A program made the translations under genes and the position numbers. A DNA stretch of 64,000 nt from Bacteroidales bacterium (GTDB lineage: Bacteria > Bacteroidota > Bacteroidia > Bacteroidales > UBA3824). This document shows, piece after piece, positions 9,680 through 21,089 of this stretch. Numbering within the stretch: position 1 is the stretch's first letter; the number at the start of each line of letters is the position of its first letter. The notes beneath the pieces were generated by a model, which saw only the letters and a program-made list of their open reading frames with translations, did not search any database and was not told the origin of the DNA. Location: NCBI GenBank assembly GCA_017960885.1, contig JAGCYI010000219.1, positions 19,782 through 83,781 on the forward strand, read 5' to 3'.

Positions 9680-9742
9680 TGTAGAGACGCCATAATATGA
9701 CGTTTCTACATTATGACGTCCTCACATTATGGCGTTTCTACA
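9680..9742. terminator. composite hairpin between convergent genes, probable bidirectional terminator (REP-like)
   Basis: tgtagagacgccataat (9680-9696) is the inverted complement of attatggcgtttctaca (9726-9742), 16 of 17 positions. The reverse arm occurs as three tandem 16-mers: 9695-9710, 9711-9726 and 9727-9742. Confidence 0.55.
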
Positions 9743-10280
9743 ATTCTAATTTATCTTCTTCCCACACCTTATATTTGGCGCTCAATATAGCCAGCATACG
9801 GCTTATCTTTTGCACGCCGAACATTGTGTCGGCTGAGATTTCTTTGTGCTGAAGTTTCAGCAGCAGAATCATGTACATCATCTGCAAGCACACCTCAATT
9901 TCTGAAACGCCCTCGCTGCGGGTCTTTTGGATGCTCTGTCCTATTACGGGCGCGGCTTCCTGATATGCGGCTTTGTAGTCGGGATGCAACGGCGAGCGCA
10001 ACAAACGCAAATGGAGGTCGTGCATATCGTCGATAATGTTTAGCACCTCGCGCAGATGTCCCTTCTGCTCCACGCCCTCGTTTTTCATCAGAAGAACAAT
10101 ATTCTCGTACCAATATTCAATGTCCTTGATGGTTTCGGGGCTTTGGGTATACTTAGAAATTATCTGCTGCTTCACAATTTCAAAATCGCAATGGCATGCA
10201 CGCATCATATCCTCCACTTGAAACATATAGAGAACGTATTCTGCGATATTTTCTTTTCGTTTTTGACGAGCTATAATCAT
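9738..10280 (-). CDS. DUF4924-like conserved Bacteroidota protein
   Basis: The 180-aa N-terminus 'RQKRKENIAEYVLYMFQVEDMMRA' matches my memory of the DUF4924 family. The family name is unverified. Confidence 0.6.
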   Translation of the reverse strand: MIIARQKRKENIAEYVLYMFQVEDMMRACHCDFEIVKQQIISKYTQSPETIKDIEYWYENIVLLMKNEGVEQKGHLREVLNIIDDMHDLHLRLLRSPLHPDYKAAYQEAAPVIGQSIQKTRSEGVSEIEVCLQMMYMILLLKLQHKEISADTMFGVQKISRMLAILSAKYKVWEEDKLEL

Positions 10281-10666
10281 TGATTTGGATTTTTAATAAC
10301 GTTTTCGGGCGTAGGCAGTGCTGTAACTGTGTAAGTGCTGCTTCTTATGCCGTTTTTATCTTCTAATGCGAGGTCTATGGTAGTAGACATGTTCATAGCG
10401 GTGCGAAAAGTGTAATACACATGCAACGAATCGTAATTTTTCACCTGTGCCCTATAAGTGATATTTTCGGCATACTTAGCCACAAAGGTCAAAGAACGTG
10501 GCTTGCAACCGCTAACAGCAAAGCACACATTCACCTTAACAGGAAATTCGCCCTCGCCTTCGTAATAGTAGCGTATATTATCGAGGCGTGCGCTAAACTT
10601 CTGTGCCACAGACTCTCCCGCAGTTAGCGAGAGCAAAAATATTATATATATATAAAGGTGTCGCAT
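10277..10666 (-). CDS. hypothetical secreted protein
   Basis: Signal-peptide-like MRHLYIYIIFLLSLTAGESVAQ. ATGA overlap with the downstream DUF4924 gene. Start taken at the second Met. Confidence 0.5.
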   Translation of the reverse strand: MRHLYIYIIFLLSLTAGESVAQKFSARLDNIRYYYEGEGEFPVKVNVCFAVSGCKPRSLTFVAKYAENITYRAQVKNYDSLHVYYTFRTAMNMSTTIDLALEDKNGIRSSTYTVTALPTPENVIKNPNQ

Positions 10667-10756
10667 TTCTGGGCACAAAGATAGATATTATTAATAAAAA
10701 AACAGCCGTCCTTTTTGGGGCGGCTGAAGAAAAATATGATATGGATAAGGGTTTGC

Positions 10757-12163
<1,407 letters not shown>

Positions 12164-12338
12164 TTTATTATTTCCACATTGAAAAAAAAGGAACGGCGTG
12201 TTTACGTAAATTACGTAACCGATTTACCTGGCGCGTGCCCTGTGTTTGCCCGCACCCCCATTTTTTAATTTATTTTTTTGGATATCCCTTTTTTTTATTA
12301 ATATTGCGCCAAATTTTTTTATCAAAACACATTCTAAA

Positions 12339-13151
12339 ATGAAAGGATTTAAAATCATCGTTTTGGCAAAGCAAGTGCCCGACACTCACAATGTGGGCAA
12401 AGACGCCATGAAGGAGGACGGCACAATGAACCGCGCCGCCCTGCCAGCCATCATAAATCCCGAGGACATGAACGCCCTCGAGCAGGCTCTCAGAATCAAA
12501 GACCAGTATCCCGAAACAGAGATTACAGTTCTTACAATGGGTCTGCCCAAGGCTGCTGAAGTTCTACAAGAAGGTCTTTACAGAGGTGCCGACAAAGGTA
12601 TCCTACTCACCGACCGCAAATTAGGAGGTTCCGACACTTTAGCCACCAGCTACGCAATTGCACAGGCTATCAAAAACGTAGGCGACTACGACATGGTACT
12701 CTGCGGACGTCAGGCTATCGACGGCGACACCGCTCAGGTAGGTCCTCAGGCTGCTGAGAAACTCGGCATTCCACAAGTTACCTACGCCGAAGAGATCGAA
12801 AACATATCAGAAAGCGCTATCACAGTACGCCGCCGCTTAGAATCTGGCATCGAAACCGTAAAGGCACCCTTCCCCGTGCTTATCACTGTTCACGGCTCGG
12901 CTGCTGCTTGCCGTACACGCAACGCCAAATTCTATATGAAAAACAAGAACGACGAGTCGAAAATTATTACTTGGGGCGCCGACGACATCAAGGTTGAAGA
13001 CGACAAAGTAGGTAAGGCTGGCTCGCCCACCACTGTAAAGAAAATCGACGCAGTGGTACTCCAAGCCAAAGAGTCGAAAAAACTTAACGACTCTGATGCC
13101 GACATCGACATCCTTATTAAAGATTTATTGTCTAACCACATTCTTGGATAA
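12339..13151 (+). CDS. etfB: electron transfer flavoprotein, beta subunit
   Basis: MKGFKIIVLAKQVPDT... is an EtfB-type N-terminus. Start chosen at the ATG at 12339. The upstream part of the ORF is a low-complexity promoter region. Confidence 0.9.
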   Translation: MKGFKIIVLAKQVPDTHNVGKDAMKEDGTMNRAALPAIINPEDMNALEQALRIKDQYPETEITVLTMGLPKAAEVLQEGLYRGADKGILLTDRKLGGSDTLATSYAIAQAIKNVGDYDMVLCGRQAIDGDTAQVGPQAAEKLGIPQVTYAEEIENISESAITVRRRLESGIETVKAPFPVLITVHGSAAACRTRNAKFYMKNKNDESKIITWGADDIKVEDDKVGKAGSPTTVKKIDAVVLQAKESKKLNDSDADIDILIKDLLSNHILG

Positions 13152-13159
13152 TACTCAAA

Positions 13160-14212
13160 ATGAACAACTTATTTGTATTTTGCGAAACAGAGAACGGCGT
13201 TGTGGCAGACGTCAGCCTCGAACTGCTTTCAAAAGGCAAGAAACTCGCACAGACACTTGGCTGCAAACTCGAAGCCATTGCCGTTGACTACAACCTTTAT
13301 AATATAGGACGACAGATTTTTAAATACGGCGTTGATGTAATTCACATTGCCGACGACCGCAAACTCGCTCCCTATCAGACACTTCCCACACAGAAAATCA
13401 TCTGCGACCTTGTAAAACAAGAACAGCCGCAGATTATGCTCTTCGGTGCTACAAGCATAGGTCGCGACCTTGCTCCCCGTGTTGCAAGCGCTCTCCGCTG
13501 CGGTCTTACAGCCGACTGCACAAGCCTCGAAATCGGCGACCACGAAGAGAAGAAAACCGTTAAAGAAGACAACGGCGAAATCAAGCAGATTGTAACTCCC
13601 TACAAGGATTTACTTTACCAGATCCGTCCCGCATTCGGTGGCAACATCATCGCCACAATTCTCAACCTCCACACACGTCCTCAGATGGCTACCGTCCGCG
13701 AAGGTGTGATGAAAAAAGAGGTGTTCGACGAGAACTACAAAGGCGAAATCAAGAAAATCGACTGGCAGAAATCTGTTACAGATTTAGACTTTGCCGTTGA
13801 GATAATCTCGCGCCATATCGAGAAATCGAAAATCAACCTCAAAGCCGCTCCTGTGATTGTAGCAGGTGGCTACGGCGTAGGTTCAAAAGAGAACTTCCAG
13901 CTTCTCCACGAACTTGCCGACGTGCTTGGCGGTCAGGTGGGCGCATCTCGTGCAGCCGTTGACGCAGGATTCTGCGAGCATGAGCGTCAGATTGGTCAGA
14001 CAGGCGTTACCGTACGTCCCAAGCTCTACATCGCTTGCGGTATCAGCGGACAGGTTCAGCACCGCGCCGGTATGCAGGAGTCATCGATTATTGTTTCAAT
14101 CAATACCGACGAAAACGCTCCTATCAACGCCATTGCCGACTACGTGGTAACTGGCGACGTGGCAACTGTATTGCCCAAAATGATTAAATACTACAAAGCA
14201 AATTCTAAATAG
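13160..14212 (+). CDS. etfA: electron transfer flavoprotein, alpha subunit
   Basis: C-terminal FAD-binding block PKLYIACGISGQVQHRAGM. Lies directly downstream of etfB. Confidence 0.9.
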   Translation: MNNLFVFCETENGVVADVSLELLSKGKKLAQTLGCKLEAIAVDYNLYNIGRQIFKYGVDVIHIADDRKLAPYQTLPTQKIICDLVKQEQPQIMLFGATSIGRDLAPRVASALRCGLTADCTSLEIGDHEEKKTVKEDNGEIKQIVTPYKDLLYQIRPAFGGNIIATILNLHTRPQMATVREGVMKKEVFDENYKGEIKKIDWQKSVTDLDFAVEIISRHIEKSKINLKAAPVIVAGGYGVGSKENFQLLHELADVLGGQVGASRAAVDAGFCEHERQIGQTGVTVRPKLYIACGISGQVQHRAGMQESSIIVSINTDENAPINAIADYVVTGDVATVLPKMIKYYKANSK

Positions 14213-14219
14213 GAACAAA

Positions 14220-15926
14220 ATGGCAAATTTTTATAACGATAACGAAGATCTCAAGTTTCATCTCGGACATCCGTTGATGAAGCGCATCATCGACCTCAGG
14301 GAAGACAACGAATATTCCGACGCCGCCAAATACGACTACGCCCCCAAGAATTTTGAGGACGCTATGGACTCGGTGGAGAAGGTAATGGAGATATGCGGCG
14401 AAGTATGTGCCGACGTGATTGCACCCAACGCCGAAGCCAACGACCTCGAAGGTCACTCTATCGAAAACGACCATCTTAAATACAACCCCTACACCACAGC
14501 CGACTTCCAGGCACTTTTGAAAGCCGGCGCATGGGGTATCACAATGCCCCGCAAATACGACGGCTTGAACATGCCCAACGTTCCCTACATTATGGTAGGC
14601 GAAATGGTGTCGCGTGCCGACGGCGGATTTGCCAACTTCTGGGGATTGCAAGACTGCGCTGAAACCATCCTCGAATTTGCTTCTGAGGAAATCAAGGCTG
14701 AATACCTTCCCAAGCTTGCCAAAGGCGCAACTCTCTCTATGGTATTGACCGAACCCGACGCAGGCTCTGACTTGCAGGCTGTTCAGCTCAAAGCCAAATA
14801 CGACGAGGAGTCGGGCATGTGGCTCTTGAACGGTGTTAAACGCTTCATCACCAACGGTGACGCTGACATTCAGCTGGTTCTTGCCCGCTCGGTAGAAGGC
14901 ACAACCGACGGACGTGGTCTTTCGCTCTTTGTTTACGACAAGGACAAACACTGCGAAATTGTACGCCGTGTAGAAAACAAATTCGGTATCCACGGTTCGC
15001 CCACTTGCGAAATGGTGTTCAAAGACGCTCCCGCAAAACTTATCGGCGACGAACGTCTCGGCCTTATCAAATACGTTATGAGCCTTATGTACGGCGCACG
15101 TCTCGGTGTAGGCGGACAGTCGGTAGGTATTTCTGAGGCTGCATATCGCGAGGCTCTCAAATATGCTCACGAGCGCGAACAGTTTAAGAAACCCATCATC
15201 GAGTTCCCCGCTGTATATCAGTTGCTCGGCAATATGAACGCCAAAATCAAAGGTATGCGTTCGCTACTTTACGAAACAGCACGTTTTGTAGATATGAGCA
15301 AGTTGCTCCAGGAGAAGAAAAAACTCGGCACCTTACCCGCCGAACTCCGCAACGACCTCAAATATTTCTCGAAGATGGCCGACGCTTACACTCCGTTGTT
15401 GAAGCTCTTCTCTTCGGAATGGTGCAACTCTATCTGCTACGACGCATTGCAGATTCACGGCGGATCGGGCTATATGAAAGATTTCCCCATCGAGCGTATG
15501 GTTCGCGACGCACGTATCACCACCATCTACGAAGGCACATCGCAGCTTCAGGTAGTTGCCGCTATCAAAGGCGTTACCACAGGCGTATTTGCTGAGCGCA
15601 TGGCAGAATACGACAAGATGCTTGAAGAATCTGGCAAGTTTGCCGCACAGAAAGCCAAACTCCTCGAACTCACCGAAGACTACAAGGCTGCTATTGAGAA
15701 AGTTACAGCCCTCAAGAATCAGGACTACCTCGATTTCCAGGCTCGCAACCTCGTAGAAATGGCTGGCAACATCATAGTTTCTTACCTGCTCTTTACCGAC
15801 GCTCTCCGTGGCGAGCAGTTTGAGAAACCCGCCAACACATTCTTCAAACTCGCCTACGCCGACAACAAGCAGCGCAAGACCTACATCGACAACGGCGAAG
15901 AAAGCGATTTGGATAATTACAGATAG
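14220..15926 (+). CDS. acyl-CoA dehydrogenase (long Bacteroidota form)
   Basis: 568 aa with ACAD motifs (LTEPDAGSD, GSPTCEMVF, IYEGTSQLQ). Conserved etfB-etfA-acd order. Confidence 0.9.
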   Translation: MANFYNDNEDLKFHLGHPLMKRIIDLREDNEYSDAAKYDYAPKNFEDAMDSVEKVMEICGEVCADVIAPNAEANDLEGHSIENDHLKYNPYTTADFQALLKAGAWGITMPRKYDGLNMPNVPYIMVGEMVSRADGGFANFWGLQDCAETILEFASEEIKAEYLPKLAKGATLSMVLTEPDAGSDLQAVQLKAKYDEESGMWLLNGVKRFITNGDADIQLVLARSVEGTTDGRGLSLFVYDKDKHCEIVRRVENKFGIHGSPTCEMVFKDAPAKLIGDERLGLIKYVMSLMYGARLGVGGQSVGISEAAYREALKYAHEREQFKKPIIEFPAVYQLLGNMNAKIKGMRSLLYETARFVDMSKLLQEKKKLGTLPAELRNDLKYFSKMADAYTPLLKLFSSEWCNSICYDALQIHGGSGYMKDFPIERMVRDARITTIYEGTSQLQVVAAIKGVTTGVFAERMAEYDKMLEESGKFAAQKAKLLELTEDYKAAIEKVTALKNQDYLDFQARNLVEMAGNIIVSYLLFTDALRGEQFEKPANTFFKLAYADNKQRKTYIDNGEESDLDNYR

Positions 15927-15956
15927 AAATCTGAATATTTTTCATATCATAATTGT

Positions 15957-15987
15957 AGAGACGTGCCATGGCACGTCTCTTTTTTTG
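15957..15987 (+). terminator. rho-independent terminator after the acd gene
   Basis: Perfect 24-nt palindrome agagacgtgcca|tggcacgtctct (15957-15980), followed by a T6 run. Confidence 0.8.
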
Positions 15988-16057
15988 TTTTTAATATTTT
16001 TAAGAAATCACCCCCGTCCTTTTCAAAAAAAAATCTCTGCAATACAGAATAATTTTA

Positions 16058-16065
16058 TACATTTG
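16058..16065 (+). promoter_or_regulatory. candidate -7 promoter box (TACATTTG)
   Basis: Exact TAnnTTTG match, 31 bp upstream of the GTG at 16096. Confidence 0.45.
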
Positions 16066-16095
16066 CAGCCGAAAAGTATTTATAATGCATCAATA

Positions 16096-16917
16096 GTGGA
16101 AAACCGCAACAAGCTAATATACATCGACTCTGTTATCAAGGACTTCAACCCGAAGCTCCACAAGAGGTTGCCACGTTTTGTGATTAGGTTGATTGAAAAA
16201 ATCATCCGTCAGGACAAAATCAACCGTGTGCTGTCGTTGTATGGGCACTTAGACGGACCAGAATTTATCGAGGCGGTTTTCAAAGACTTCAATGTAGACA
16301 TTATAGAACACGGTGCAGAGAATATCGAAAAAGGTCAACGATTTATGTTTGTAGCCAACCATCCGCTCGGAGGCTTAGACGGTCTTGCGGTGATATATTC
16401 TATCTGCAAAAACTTCGGACACAGCAGAGCCATTGTCAACGACCTGCTGCTATTTATCGAAAGTCTCAAAAGCGTGTTCTGCGGTGTCAACGTTTATGGG
16501 CACAACAACGAAGAGATTTTCAAAAACATCGAAGCTCTTTACAACAACCAAGAAGAAAACATCTGCGCATTTCCAGCCGGACTTGTATCAAGGCGCGTCA
16601 ACGGCGTCATCACCGACTTGGAGTGGAAGAGCAAGTTTATCAATATGGCTACTCAGCATAATCTGCCAATTGTTCCGATCTATGTTGACGCCAAAAACAG
16701 CAATTTTTTTTACAGAACCGCCAACATCCGCAAAAAACTTGGCATTAAGTTCAACTACGAACTGGTGCTTCTGCCTGGCGAAGTGTTTAAATATCACGAC
16801 AAACCTATCAATCTATACTACGGAGAACCAATAATGCCCCAAATACTCAAAGAAATACAAACACCTGCACAGCGCACACAGTACGTGCGCCAGATGACAT
16901 ATATGTTAAAACCATAA
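16096..16917 (+). CDS. glsA: lysophospholipid (PlsC-type) O-acyltransferase, GlsA-like
   Basis: HX4D motif NHPLGGLDG and FPAGLVSR. There is no in-frame ATG after the terminator and promoter, so the GTG at 16096 is the proposed start. Adjacent to the N-acyl amino acid synthase gene, as in Bacteroides glsA/glsB. Confidence 0.7.
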   Translation: MENRNKLIYIDSVIKDFNPKLHKRLPRFVIRLIEKIIRQDKINRVLSLYGHLDGPEFIEAVFKDFNVDIIEHGAENIEKGQRFMFVANHPLGGLDGLAVIYSICKNFGHSRAIVNDLLLFIESLKSVFCGVNVYGHNNEEIFKNIEALYNNQEENICAFPAGLVSRRVNGVITDLEWKSKFINMATQHNLPIVPIYVDAKNSNFFYRTANIRKKLGIKFNYELVLLPGEVFKYHDKPINLYYGEPIMPQILKEIQTPAQRTQYVRQMTYMLKP

Positions 16918-16939
16918 TAACACGTTTGAAACTACTTCA

Positions 16940-17875
16940 ATGGAAAAAATTATAGAACCGATAGACAAGAATCTGCTGCTTAGCGAACTTACCGACGACA
17001 AGTTTGTTCGTTCCACAAACTATGGCGGCAACAAAATATACATCGTAAACGCCCACAACGCCCCCAACACCATGCAGGAAATTGGACGTTTGCGCGAACT
17101 GGCATTCCGTCAGGCTGGGGGTGGCACAGGCAAAACTTGCGACATCGACGAATGCGACACACGCCAAATCCCATACCAGCAGCTCATTGTCTGGAGCGAT
17201 GATTTGGGCGAAATACTTGGTGGTTACCGCTTTATCGACTGCTCTCTGCCTATAATCAACGAGCACGGCGAACCTGAACTTTCTACTGCAGAAATTTTTA
17301 ACTTTTCTGACACGTTCATAAAAAATTACCTTCCTCACACCATAGAGTTAGGACGCAGCTTTGTGCAGCCCAAATTCCAGAGCCGCCAATATTTCAAACA
17401 AGCCATATATGCTTTAGATAATCTTTGGGACGGTCTCGGTGCTATCTATATGCTCAACCAAGACCATATAAAGTACTTTTTTGGAAAGGTAACAATGTAC
17501 ACATCCTTCAACCAGACCGCCCGCGACTATATACTCAGCTTTATGAAACTATATTTCAAAGACACTGAGCATCTTGTAGTTCCAAAAGGCGAAATTATCC
17601 CGTCGCTCAGCCAGCAACAAATCGAGGAGGCTTTTCCAAATCACAACTACAAAGAAGATTTCAAATGCCTCAACCGCATAGTAAGAGATTTAGGCGAAAA
17701 TATACCTCCTATGTTCAACGCATACATGAACCTCTCATCCACCATGAAACTTTTTGGCACAGCGCCCAACCCGTTTTTCGGAGATGTGGAGGAGACAGGA
17801 ATTCTTATTACCGTTGACGACGTTTATCAAGATAAAAAGGCTCGGCACATCGACACCTTTTCATTTAAAAAATAA
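16940..17875 (+). CDS. glsB: N-acyl amino-acid (glycine lipid/commendamide-type) synthase, GlsB/OlsB-like
   Basis: 311 aa. The N-terminal half (EIGRLRELAFRQAGGGTGK) is typical of the hemolysin-like GNAT N-acyltransferases that make glycine lipids. Confidence 0.7.
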   Translation: MEKIIEPIDKNLLLSELTDDKFVRSTNYGGNKIYIVNAHNAPNTMQEIGRLRELAFRQAGGGTGKTCDIDECDTRQIPYQQLIVWSDDLGEILGGYRFIDCSLPIINEHGEPELSTAEIFNFSDTFIKNYLPHTIELGRSFVQPKFQSRQYFKQAIYALDNLWDGLGAIYMLNQDHIKYFFGKVTMYTSFNQTARDYILSFMKLYFKDTEHLVVPKGEIIPSLSQQQIEEAFPNHNYKEDFKCLNRIVRDLGENIPPMFNAYMNLSSTMKLFGTAPNPFFGDVEETGILITVDDVYQDKKARHIDTFSFKK

Positions 17876-17881
17876 CAGAAT

Positions 17882-19879
17882 ATGAAAAAGTTAGACATAT
17901 TCACCATAAAGAGTTTCATAGGGCCGCTGATAGCAACGTTCTTCATCTCGCTATTTGTGCTGCTGATGCAATTCTTGTGGAAATATATCGACGAACTTGT
18001 GGGCAAAGGTCTCGACGCCTCGGTGATAGCCGAGTTGCTCTTTTATGCGTCAATCACCTTGGTGCCTATGGCTCTGCCGCTTGCAATACTTTTGGCGAGC
18101 ATCATGACATTCGGCAACCTCGGTGAAAAATTTGAGCTAACAGCAATAAAGGCGGCGGGCATATCGCTTCAGCGCACAATGCGGCCACTTATTATAATGA
18201 GTGCCGGAATTAGTCTTATGGCTTTTATCATCGCCAACGACATCATACCAGTGGCAAGTCTCAAGATGCACTCACTTCTGTGGAGCATCAAGCAACAACG
18301 CCCCGAAATGAACATCAAACCAGGAATCTTCAACAACGACCTCGGCAGGATAAGCATCCGCATCAGCAAGAAAGACCCTAAAACCAACATGATGTACGGG
18401 TTCAGAATTTACGACCACCAGTCTGACGTCAAGGGCAACTATATGGTAACACTTGCCGATTCGGGAAGCGTAAAAATCACCGACGACGGCCGTTATCTTA
18501 TTTTCACCCTTTACAGCGGCATTTCGTACACCGAGGAAGAGGGCAAAAATACTGCAGATGGCAATCCGTATCCGCACCGTATCAACACATTTGGTCAACA
18601 GACTATTATGCAAAGTATGGCGGATTTTGACTTTGACCGCACCGACGAAAACTTGTTTAGAAACAACTATCAAGTTATGAACCTCTATCAGCTAAAACAC
18701 GCCGGTGACTCGCTCAGCAACAATTTTATAGAACAAACTGGCGAACTGAGCCTTACCCTCACCTCTTTGTTCTACTTGAAAAATGCTAAACACACACATT
18801 CTATATATGCCGATTCGCTAAAAAACGCATTCGCTATGCGGCAATCAGCAAGAAACAATGCTGTTATCAACTTCAACGACTTTTCAATGTCACAAACGTC
18901 ACCGGCGCCCAACGACACTGCATATCTAAGAGAGGATTCTATTGTTAAAGCACAAATAGCTCATCACAAAGACAGCCTCATGGCTATATACGCCACGCCT
19001 GTAAACGACATCAAACCGATTATCAACCTCGACAGCCTGCTTGAATCACTCCCAGAAATTAAATACAACCAAGTGAAGAGCAAGACAAAAGAGTTAGTAA
19101 CTGAAACACGTAACTTTATAATTCGCAATGCAGAGGAGGTTCAGTCGAAACAGAAAACCGTTGCAAAATACCGCAACGCTTGGCATCAGAAAATCACCCT
19201 CTCCATAGCCTGCCTGATATTCTTCTTTATTGGTGCCCCTCTTGGTGCAATCATCCGAAAAGGCGGATTTGGTTTGCCCATTGTGGTTTCGGTGTTAGTA
19301 TTTATCATCTACTACATAATTTCCACCGCCGGCATGAAAATGTCGCGCGAAGGCATGTGGCAACCTTGGCAAGGAATGTGGCTCAGCACTATTGTAATAT
19401 TGCCGTTTGGAATTTTCTTAACCTACAAAGCCACTGTTGACGCGCAACTATTCAACAAAGAGGCTTGGACAAAGGTTGCGGATAAGTTTGGCGCATTCTT
19501 CTCTGTGTTTAGCAAAATGCGCGACACAGGCTCTGATACCGGTCATTATCCTCTGCGATCTTACTGTATCAATATCAGCATCATAGCTTCTATTATTGCG
19601 TTGGCATTCGCTTTCACTCCTACCAAAAACGCCTCGTTTATTTTTGGCGGATTGTCATTAGTATTGGCAGGCATCACATTTATCATCAACAAGAAACACA
19701 AGTTCCAACACAAGTTTGTGATATTTGCCACCGTGCTTGCTCTGGCTGCAATTACCATAGCAGCAATTACTTATAAGAAAAAAACACGTTCCAAAGCCAC
19801 CGAACCAGAAACCACGTCAATGGTTTCAAAACCGTTTCACACCGATAATAATATTAACATCTCAAGATGGATACCATAA
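17882..19879 (+). CDS. LptF/LptG (YjgP/YjgQ) family permease, long form
   Basis: N-terminus [44 protein letters not shown]. Multiple TM helices, plus extra C-terminal TM segments. Confidence 0.8.
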   Translation: MKKLDIFTIKSFIGPLIATFFISLFVLLMQFLWKYIDELVGKGLDASVIAELLFYASITLVPMALPLAILLASIMTFGNLGEKFELTAIKAAGISLQRTMRPLIIMSAGISLMAFIIANDIIPVASLKMHSLLWSIKQQRPEMNIKPGIFNNDLGRISIRISKKDPKTNMMYGFRIYDHQSDVKGNYMVTLADSGSVKITDDGRYLIFTLYSGISYTEEEGKNTADGNPYPHRINTFGQQTIMQSMADFDFDRTDENLFRNNYQVMNLYQLKHAGDSLSNNFIEQTGELSLTLTSLFYLKNAKHTHSIYADSLKNAFAMRQSARNNAVINFNDFSMSQTSPAPNDTAYLREDSIVKAQIAHHKDSLMAIYATPVNDIKPIINLDSLLESLPEIKYNQVKSKTKELVTETRNFIIRNAEEVQSKQKTVAKYRNAWHQKITLSIACLIFFFIGAPLGAIIRKGGFGLPIVVSVLVFIIYYIISTAGMKMSREGMWQPWQGMWLSTIVILPFGIFLTYKATVDAQLFNKEAWTKVADKFGAFFSVFSKMRDTGSDTGHYPLRSYCINISIIASIIALAFAFTPTKNASFIFGGLSLVLAGITFIINKKHKFQHKFVIFATVLALAAITIAAITYKKKTRSKATEPETTSMVSKPFHTDNNINISRWIP

Positions 19880-21078
19880 AACTCAACACCATTGAAGAAA
19901 CAATTGAAGATTTCCGTCAAGGAAAGATTATCATAATTGTTGACGACGAAGACCGCGAAAACGAAGGCGACTTTATCACCGCCGCCGAAACCATTACCGA
20001 AGAAAAAGTCAACTTTATGTTGCAATACGGTCGTGGTGTGCTTTGTTCGCCTATCACAATTTCAAGAGCAAAAGAATTAAGGCTACAAAACCAAGTGGAG
20101 GACAACACCTCGGTACTTGGCACACCTTTCACCGTTACCATCGACAAGATAGAAGGCTGCACCACAGGCGTTTCGGTACACGACCGCACAGCCACCATCA
20201 GAGCTCTTGCCGACCCCGACTCCAAACCTGAGTCATTTGCCCGCCCGGGACATATCAACCCACTCTACGCACAAGACCGCGGAGTGCTTGCCCGCGCAGG
20301 ACACACTGAGGCTTCGGTCGACATGGCACGCTTGGCAGGACTTTACCCTGCAGCCGCACTAATCGAGATTCTCAATCCCGACGGCACAATGGCACGTCTG
20401 CCGCAGTTGATGGAAGTGGCTCAACAGTTCAACCTTAAAATAATTACCATACGCGACCTCATAGCCTTCCGCCTAAAAACAGAAACCACAGTAGAGGCAT
20501 CGCCACAGGTAAACATGCCCACACGCTACGGAGAGTTCAAGATGACGGTGTTCCGCCAAATAAGCAACGGACTGGAACATTCGGCGCTCGTAAAAGGTAC
20601 TTGGGAGAAAGACGAACCTGTGCTAGTGCGCGTACACTCGTCGTGCGCCACCGGCGACATCTTCGGTTCTATGCGTTGCGACTGCGGCGACCAGCTGCAC
20701 CAGGCAATGATGCGTATAAGTCAGGAAGGCAAAGGAATACTTCTCTACATGAACCAGGAGGGACGCGGCATAGGTCTGTTTAACAAAATCAAAGCCTACA
20801 AACTACAAGAACAAGGCTACGACACCGTCGACGCCAACGTTCACCTCGGATTCGACCCCGACCAACGAGACTACGGCACGGGAGCAGAAATTCTGCGCAA
20901 ACTGGGAGTTACTAAAATGCGGCTTCTTACCAACAATCCCGTAAAACGTGTAGGATTAGAGGCTTACGGCTTAGAAATTGTTGAAAACGTACCCATTGAA
21001 ATTCCGCCAAACCAGTACGACCAAAAATACCTCATCACCAAGCGCGACAGAATGGGGCACACCTTACGAAACCTCTAA
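19867..21078 (+). CDS. ribBA: bifunctional 3,4-dihydroxy-2-butanone-4-phosphate synthase / GTP cyclohydrolase II
   Basis: [10 protein letters not shown] (RibB) and [18 protein letters not shown] (RibA zinc site). 13-bp overlap with the previous gene. Confidence 0.95.
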   Translation: MDTIKLNTIEETIEDFRQGKIIIIVDDEDRENEGDFITAAETITEEKVNFMLQYGRGVLCSPITISRAKELRLQNQVEDNTSVLGTPFTVTIDKIEGCTTGVSVHDRTATIRALADPDSKPESFARPGHINPLYAQDRGVLARAGHTEASVDMARLAGLYPAAALIEILNPDGTMARLPQLMEVAQQFNLKIITIRDLIAFRLKTETTVEASPQVNMPTRYGEFKMTVFRQISNGLEHSALVKGTWEKDEPVLVRVHSSCATGDIFGSMRCDCGDQLHQAMMRISQEGKGILLYMNQEGRGIGLFNKIKAYKLQEQGYDTVDANVHLGFDPDQRDYGTGAEILRKLGVTKMRLLTNNPVKRVGLEAYGLEIVENVPIEIPPNQYDQKYLITKRDRMGHTLRNL

Positions 21079-21089
21079 AAGCCACAACA

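Noticed and set aside
14205-15170. 321-aa minus-strand ORF, with similar long antisense ORFs at 3208-3945, 24271-25026, 53442-54365 and 38556-39137
   Set aside because: Each lies fully inside, and antisense to, a gene with clear family motifs: acyl-CoA dehydrogenase, the TPR sensor, the Na/Pi transporter, the HAMP-GAF sensor and holB. None has a recognisable domain.
15808-16095. ATG at 15808 as the start of the GlsA-like acyltransferase (369-aa ORF)
   Set aside because: That extension overlaps the 3' end of the acyl-CoA dehydrogenase gene. It also reads through a perfect 24-nt palindromic terminator and a T-run, and its translation is low complexity. The conserved protein starts after the promoter-like box.
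19867-21078. FMN riboswitch upstream of ribBA, and a cobalamin riboswitch upstream of the TonB receptor at 26166
   Set aside because: ribBA overlaps the preceding gene by 13 bp, so there is no leader. The 56-bp gap before the receptor is too short and shows no riboswitch-like conserved helices.
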